DNA from: Candidatus Latescibacterota bacterium | GTDB taxonomy: Bacteria > Latescibacterota > UBA2968 | Direction: 5' to 3' | Length of the DNA: 64,000 nucleotides | NCBI GenBank assembly: GCA_038279365.1 | Contig: JAYODI010000009.1 | Span: 27,928-91,927 of the forward strand | Shown: positions 60,019 through 64,000 of the stretch, in pieces | Numbering within the stretch: the stretch's first letter is position 1 | Layout: each line of letters begins with the position of its first letter | Position numbers and translations under genes: made by a program | The notes under the pieces: generated by a model | What the model was told of the DNA's origin: nothing | Database searches by the model: none | Seen by the model: only the letters and a program-made list of their open reading frames with translations

Positions 60019-60303
60019 TTAGGATGCTTCATTTGCGTGGTCTTCTTCCAAACGCAACGACTCATCTATTATCTGCTTAAAAATGCGTTGTACGGCCTCA
60101 TGGCTTAATGGCCCCGCATTGAGCGATTTGATTTGCTCAAGTACTGCCATTTCTCGATCTGGTGCGTAAAGCGGCAAACCTGCCGCACGTTTGATTTCGC
60201 CCACAGCCAACGCACATTCTGCACGTTGGTTCACCAAATCCAGAATCTGTTCATTCAAAGCGTCAATTTTTTTACGCCAAATATCCAGATCCTTAGCCGC
60301 CAT
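60019..60303 (-). CDS. Chorismate mutase (AroQ/CM_2)
   Basis: RKKIDALN.....L.NQR......GEIK......YAPDRE. Confidence 0.92.
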   Translation of the reverse strand: MAAKDLDIWRKKIDALNEQILDLVNQRAECALAVGEIKRAAGLPLYAPDREMAVLEQIKSLNAGPLSHEAVQRIFKQIIDESLRLEEDHANEAS

Positions 60304-61105
60304 GCGCCCCCTCCTTCAGAGGCTCCGTTAAAGCCCCTACAAATGATCCAACCTTTGAAACCAAATCGGCGTCCGTTCCATACTCACCAATACGGCGCAC
60401 AATGGCACTGCCCACCACCGCCGCATCTGCAAGGGCGGCCACTTCGGCAACCTGATCGGGTTGTGCAATGCCAAAGCCCACAGCAATCGGTTTATCTGTT
60501 ACAGCACGAATGCGGTCTATTTGTTCTTGTAAAGCATCAGCCACATGTTCGCGTTCACCCGTTACGCCTGTTCGCGACACATAATATAAAAATCCGGTCG
60601 TGAGCTCTGCCAACAACGCAATGCGTTTGTCACGTGTAGTAGGTGTCACCAAAAATATGGTATCCAAACCATTTGCATCCATCGTTTGTTTATATTCACC
60701 CCCCTCTTCAGGTGGCAAATCCAACATCAGCACACCATCTACACCCACCTCTTTGGCTCGATTTACAAAACGCGCAATGCCCATCCGATGTATCGGGTTA
60801 AAATAAGTAAACAATACAATGGGTATTTCTGTTTCTTTGCGCAAATCAGCCACCAGATTTAATACGCCATCCAAAGTTGCCCCCGCTTTTAATGCGCGTT
60901 GAGAGGCTTCTTGAATAACTGGCCCATCTGCCAAAGGATCTGAAAATGGCACACCCAATTCCAACACGTCTACGCCTCGACGATCCAACTCCAACACCAA
61001 TTCATGCGTTTTTTCTAAGCTGGGATCACCCGCCGTTATATAGGCCACAAACCCCTTACGGCCTTGTTTTTTCAAATCTTCAAATTTTTGTCCAATTCGC
61101 GTCAT
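60293..61105 (-). CDS. trpA: Tryptophan synthase alpha subunit
   Basis: AGDP, ELGVPFSDPLADGPVIQ, DLPPEE, SRTGVTG, VGFGI, VVGSA. Confidence 0.97.
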   Translation of the reverse strand: MTRIGQKFEDLKKQGRKGFVAYITAGDPSLEKTHELVLELDRRGVDVLELGVPFSDPLADGPVIQEASQRALKAGATLDGVLNLVADLRKETEIPIVLFTYFNPIHRMGIARFVNRAKEVGVDGVLMLDLPPEEGGEYKQTMDANGLDTIFLVTPTTRDKRIALLAELTTGFLYYVSRTGVTGEREHVADALQEQIDRIRAVTDKPIAVGFGIAQPDQVAEVAALADAAVVGSAIVRRIGEYGTDADLVSKVGSFVGALTEPLKEGAHGG

Positions 61106-61218
61106 CACCGCTCACTTTCAAATCTCAAACCAAAAGGTAAATACCTACCACTTAATTATAATCAATCCCACATCTTTCATGAGACCTCAATATCCGATTC
61201 TCGTTTCAAAAGCAGTCT

Positions 61219-62433
61219 TTATTTTATATCTGTAATAAAGTTTGTAGCCTGTTGTACATCTTTGTCACCACGCCCAGACAAATTGACAATAATAATTTGA
61301 TCCTTATCCATCTCGGGTGCCAACTTGCATACATGTGCCACGGCATGAGCACTTTCAAGAGCCGGAATAATTCCTTCCGTACGACTCAAACGCTGAAAAG
61401 CTTCCAAGGCTTCATCATCTGTGGCATACGTATATTCTGTACGCGCCATATCACGCAAAAAACAATGTTCTGGCCCAACACCCGAATAGTCCAAACCTGC
61501 AGAAACAGAATGTGTCAATGCAATTTGTCCATCATCATCTTGCAACAAATAAATGCGAGACCCATGCAAAACACCCAATACGCCCCCATTAAAACGAGCG
61601 GCATGTTCACCAGAAGCAATGCCATGTCCACCGGCTTCTACCCCAATCATTCGCACATCGGCATCTTGTAAAAAAGCGTGGAATAAACCAATGGAATTGC
61701 TCCCACCGCCCACACAGGCCACCAATGCATCGGGCAAGCGTCCTTCTTTTTCTAAAATTTGTGCACGCGCTTCCAAACCAATTACACGCTGAAAATCGCG
61801 CACGATCATCGGATAGGGATGTGGGCCAAGCACCGAACCAAAGATGTAAAACGTATCATCTACATTGCTCACCCAATCGCGAATCGCTTCATTAATGGCA
61901 TCTTTGAGCGTTTTGCTGCCCGACGTTACCCCCGTCACTTTGGCACCCAACAACCGCATGCGAAACACATTGAGCGCTTGGCGTTCCATATCTTCTTCGC
62001 CCATATAAATCTCACACTTAAGCCCAAACATAGCCGCCACCGTTGCCGTGGCCACACCGTGCTGTCCAGCACCCGTTTCGGCAATGATGCGCGTTTTGCC
62101 CATGCGCTTGGCCAACAAAATTTGCCCCATCGCATGGTTAATCTTATGAGCCCCTGTGTGCGCCAAATCTTCACGCTTCAAATAAATTTTGGCACCACCC
62201 AACTGCTCGGTCAAGCGCTGTGCAAAATATAACGAGGTTGGGCGTCCGACAAATTCGCGCAAATACTGAGCCAACTCGGCTTGATAAGCTGGATCTGCTT
62301 TGGCTTCTTTATAAGCAGCCTCCAAATCTTCGAGCAAAGCCATTAACGTTTCTGGCACATACTGACCGCCATAAGGACCAAAGTGTCCGTGCTCGTCTGG
62401 CACGACAGGAATATCTATTGTGTTTGTTGCCAC
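61219..62433 (-). CDS. trpB: Tryptophan synthase beta subunit
   Basis: [45 protein letters not shown]. Confidence 0.98.
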   Translation of the reverse strand: MATNTIDIPVVPDEHGHFGPYGGQYVPETLMALLEDLEAAYKEAKADPAYQAELAQYLREFVGRPTSLYFAQRLTEQLGGAKIYLKREDLAHTGAHKINHAMGQILLAKRMGKTRIIAETGAGQHGVATATVAAMFGLKCEIYMGEEDMERQALNVFRMRLLGAKVTGVTSGSKTLKDAINEAIRDWVSNVDDTFYIFGSVLGPHPYPMIVRDFQRVIGLEARAQILEKEGRLPDALVACVGGGSNSIGLFHAFLQDADVRMIGVEAGGHGIASGEHAARFNGGVLGVLHGSRIYLLQDDDGQIALTHSVSAGLDYSGVGPEHCFLRDMARTEYTYATDDEALEAFQRLSRTEGIIPALESAHAVAHVCKLAPEMDKDQIIIVNLSGRGDKDVQQATNFITDIK

Positions 62434-62452
62434 AAGTCAAATCCTTCCGATA

Positions 62453-63430
62453 TTAAATATCGCCCACAATTTTATCATAAAAGGAAACATACTTATCTTT
62501 ATCTGGCCCATCAATCAACGCCATCGCATCACGTGGGTGTTGGTTGTGCTGACCCGTAATGTTATAAGGCACCAAAGGACCCCAATCTAATTTTTCACGC
62601 AATGGCACAATATAATCTTGCAAAAATTCATAAACGGGGCGAATCTTAAATTTGGGATTGCGCAAAAAACCAAGCAACAATTCCATTGGACAATTTCCAG
62701 CACCACGCCCCAAGCCCGCCATGGTGGCATCAATGCGATTGGCACCTAAAATAATCGCCTCAATCGTATTGGCAAATGCCAACTGTTGATTGTTGTGCGC
62801 ATGAATACCCACTTCTTTGCCTTTACCCTCAACGGCTTCCAAATAATTGCGCACCAAGATATCTACCTGCTCCCGATAAAGCGCACCAAAACTATCCACC
62901 ACACAAATCGTACCCACAGGCGTGGTGGCAAGCACTTCTAATGCTTGGGCAATCTCTGCATCTTGAACAGTTGAAATGGCCATAATGTTGCAGCTTGTTT
63001 CATATCCCTTTTCATGGGCATCATGTACCATTTCGACAGCTTCGGGAATTTGATCTACATAACAGGCCACACGAACCATGTCCACCACACTCTCACTGCT
63101 GGGCAAAATGTCTTTGGCCCAATTGCTCTTGCCCGCATCGGCCATAATGGCAATTTTTAAACCCGTTGCTTCTGCATCATGATCGCCCGTAATCTTGCGA
63201 ATATCTTCTTCATCGCTATGGCGAAAGGCACCAAAATCTTTTTTGGGAAACATATCTTTGGAATTGCGATAACCAATTTCCATATAATCAATGCCAGCTT
63301 CAATACATGTATCATAAACGGCTTTGACAAAATCTGTTTTAAAATGATGGTCATTCATCAAACCACCATCACGAACCGTACAATCCAAAACCTTCAATTC
63401 TGGGCGATATGTAATCCAAGGTGCCTTCAT
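62453..63430 (-). CDS. DRE-TIM (HMGL-like) aldolase, 4-hydroxy-2-oxovalerate aldolase-like
   Basis: LDCTVRDGG, VDSFG, GIHAHNN, GLGRGAGN. Confidence 0.85.
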   Translation of the reverse strand: MKAPWITYRPELKVLDCTVRDGGLMNDHHFKTDFVKAVYDTCIEAGIDYMEIGYRNSKDMFPKKDFGAFRHSDEEDIRKITGDHDAEATGLKIAIMADAGKSNWAKDILPSSESVVDMVRVACYVDQIPEAVEMVHDAHEKGYETSCNIMAISTVQDAEIAQALEVLATTPVGTICVVDSFGALYREQVDILVRNYLEAVEGKGKEVGIHAHNNQQLAFANTIEAIILGANRIDATMAGLGRGAGNCPMELLLGFLRNPKFKIRPVYEFLQDYIVPLREKLDWGPLVPYNITGQHNQHPRDAMALIDGPDKDKYVSFYDKIVGDI

Positions 63431-63448
63431 GGAAAGTGACCTTCCTTT

Positions 63449-64000
63449 CTAATGGGTTCCTACTGATGGTTGAAGACTTTCTCCTGAAACCAAATGCAAA
63501 ATCAATCCACAGCTTTCGGGCAATGGATCAAACTGAACAAAAACCGTATATCCCGCATAGGCCAACAACTGTTTTTCGATGAGCTGAATCAGGTTGTTTG
63601 AAAAGATACCCAACCCATCTTGCCAATCAGCAGGTAGCAAAATAACCAAGTGTGCCTCTCGACAAGGTTTGGGATGTTCAAAAACCATGCGGGGTCCAAC
63701 ACCTTGATCAAAAATGCGAAAATGTGCTTGGCCTTGGTACAAATGAAAATGTACTTGTCGCACTTCTTGATAAGCCCCGCCATTTACCCCAAATGAAAAC
63801 CCAGCCCACCCCCAAGTTTTTGCCAATGCTTGGGCAGTATTGAACAACTCAAATAAATACCGCTGATTTTCGGGTAAAAGCAAATCTGTAAACGTGGCGA
63901 TAGCACGTTTGGGAATCACCAACACATGATTTTCATACGACGGCTTCGGGTGTGGAAATGCAATCACCCATTTATTGACTACAATAGGCTTTACTGGAAT
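63449..64000 (-). CDS. HIT-domain protein, 5'-truncated by the window edge
   Basis: HPKP...HVLVIPK and NGGAYQEVRQVHFHL; the frame is open to position 64000. Confidence 0.75.
   Translation of the reverse strand: MPVKPIVVNKWVIAFPHPKPSYENHVLVIPKRAIATFTDLLLPENQRYLFELFNTAQALAKTWGWAGFSFGVNGGAYQEVRQVHFHLYQGQAHFRIFDQGVGPRMVFEHPKPCREAHLVILLPADWQDGLGIFSNNLIQLIEKQLLAYAGYTVFVQFDPLPESCGLILHLVSGESLQPSVGTH

Overview
A gene-dense, mostly housekeeping 64 kb region of a bacterial chromosome with about 50 CDS, most on the minus strand. C-terminal EF-hand/dockerin-like modules, a GWxTD protein, a Big_5 lipoprotein and a DUF1800/DUF1501 pair suggest an FCB-related lineage such as Latescibacterota (inference). 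Contents: DUF1800-DUF1501, an RNB-fold protein, ubiA/ubiX-type quinone genes, hrpB, several uncharacterised catabolic enzymes, a secreted M10-type metalloprotease, xerC-topA, a BatA/VWA protein, PTS IIA, ClC-CBS, a heptose kinase/epimerase/nucleotidyltransferase trio, aceE-aceF-lpdA, a glycogen debranching enzyme and a long aromatic amino acid operon (trpB-trpA-CM-aroF-tyrA-aroA-like-aroE-menG-argS-aroK-aroB). I saw no rRNA, tRNA, CRISPR array or transposase. Most notable: (1) dispersed intra-operon elements made of two oppositely oriented arrays of 7- or 8-nt tandem repeats (five clear copies, three weaker); (2) a full-length AroA homologue at the canonical position after tyrA with nearly all catalytic/substrate-binding motifs replaced; (3) an RNase II-fold protein lacking its catalytic motifs; (4) a dif-like XerCD site at 42286-42313 with no strand-skew switch. 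All product calls come from motif recognition by eye; no searches were run.
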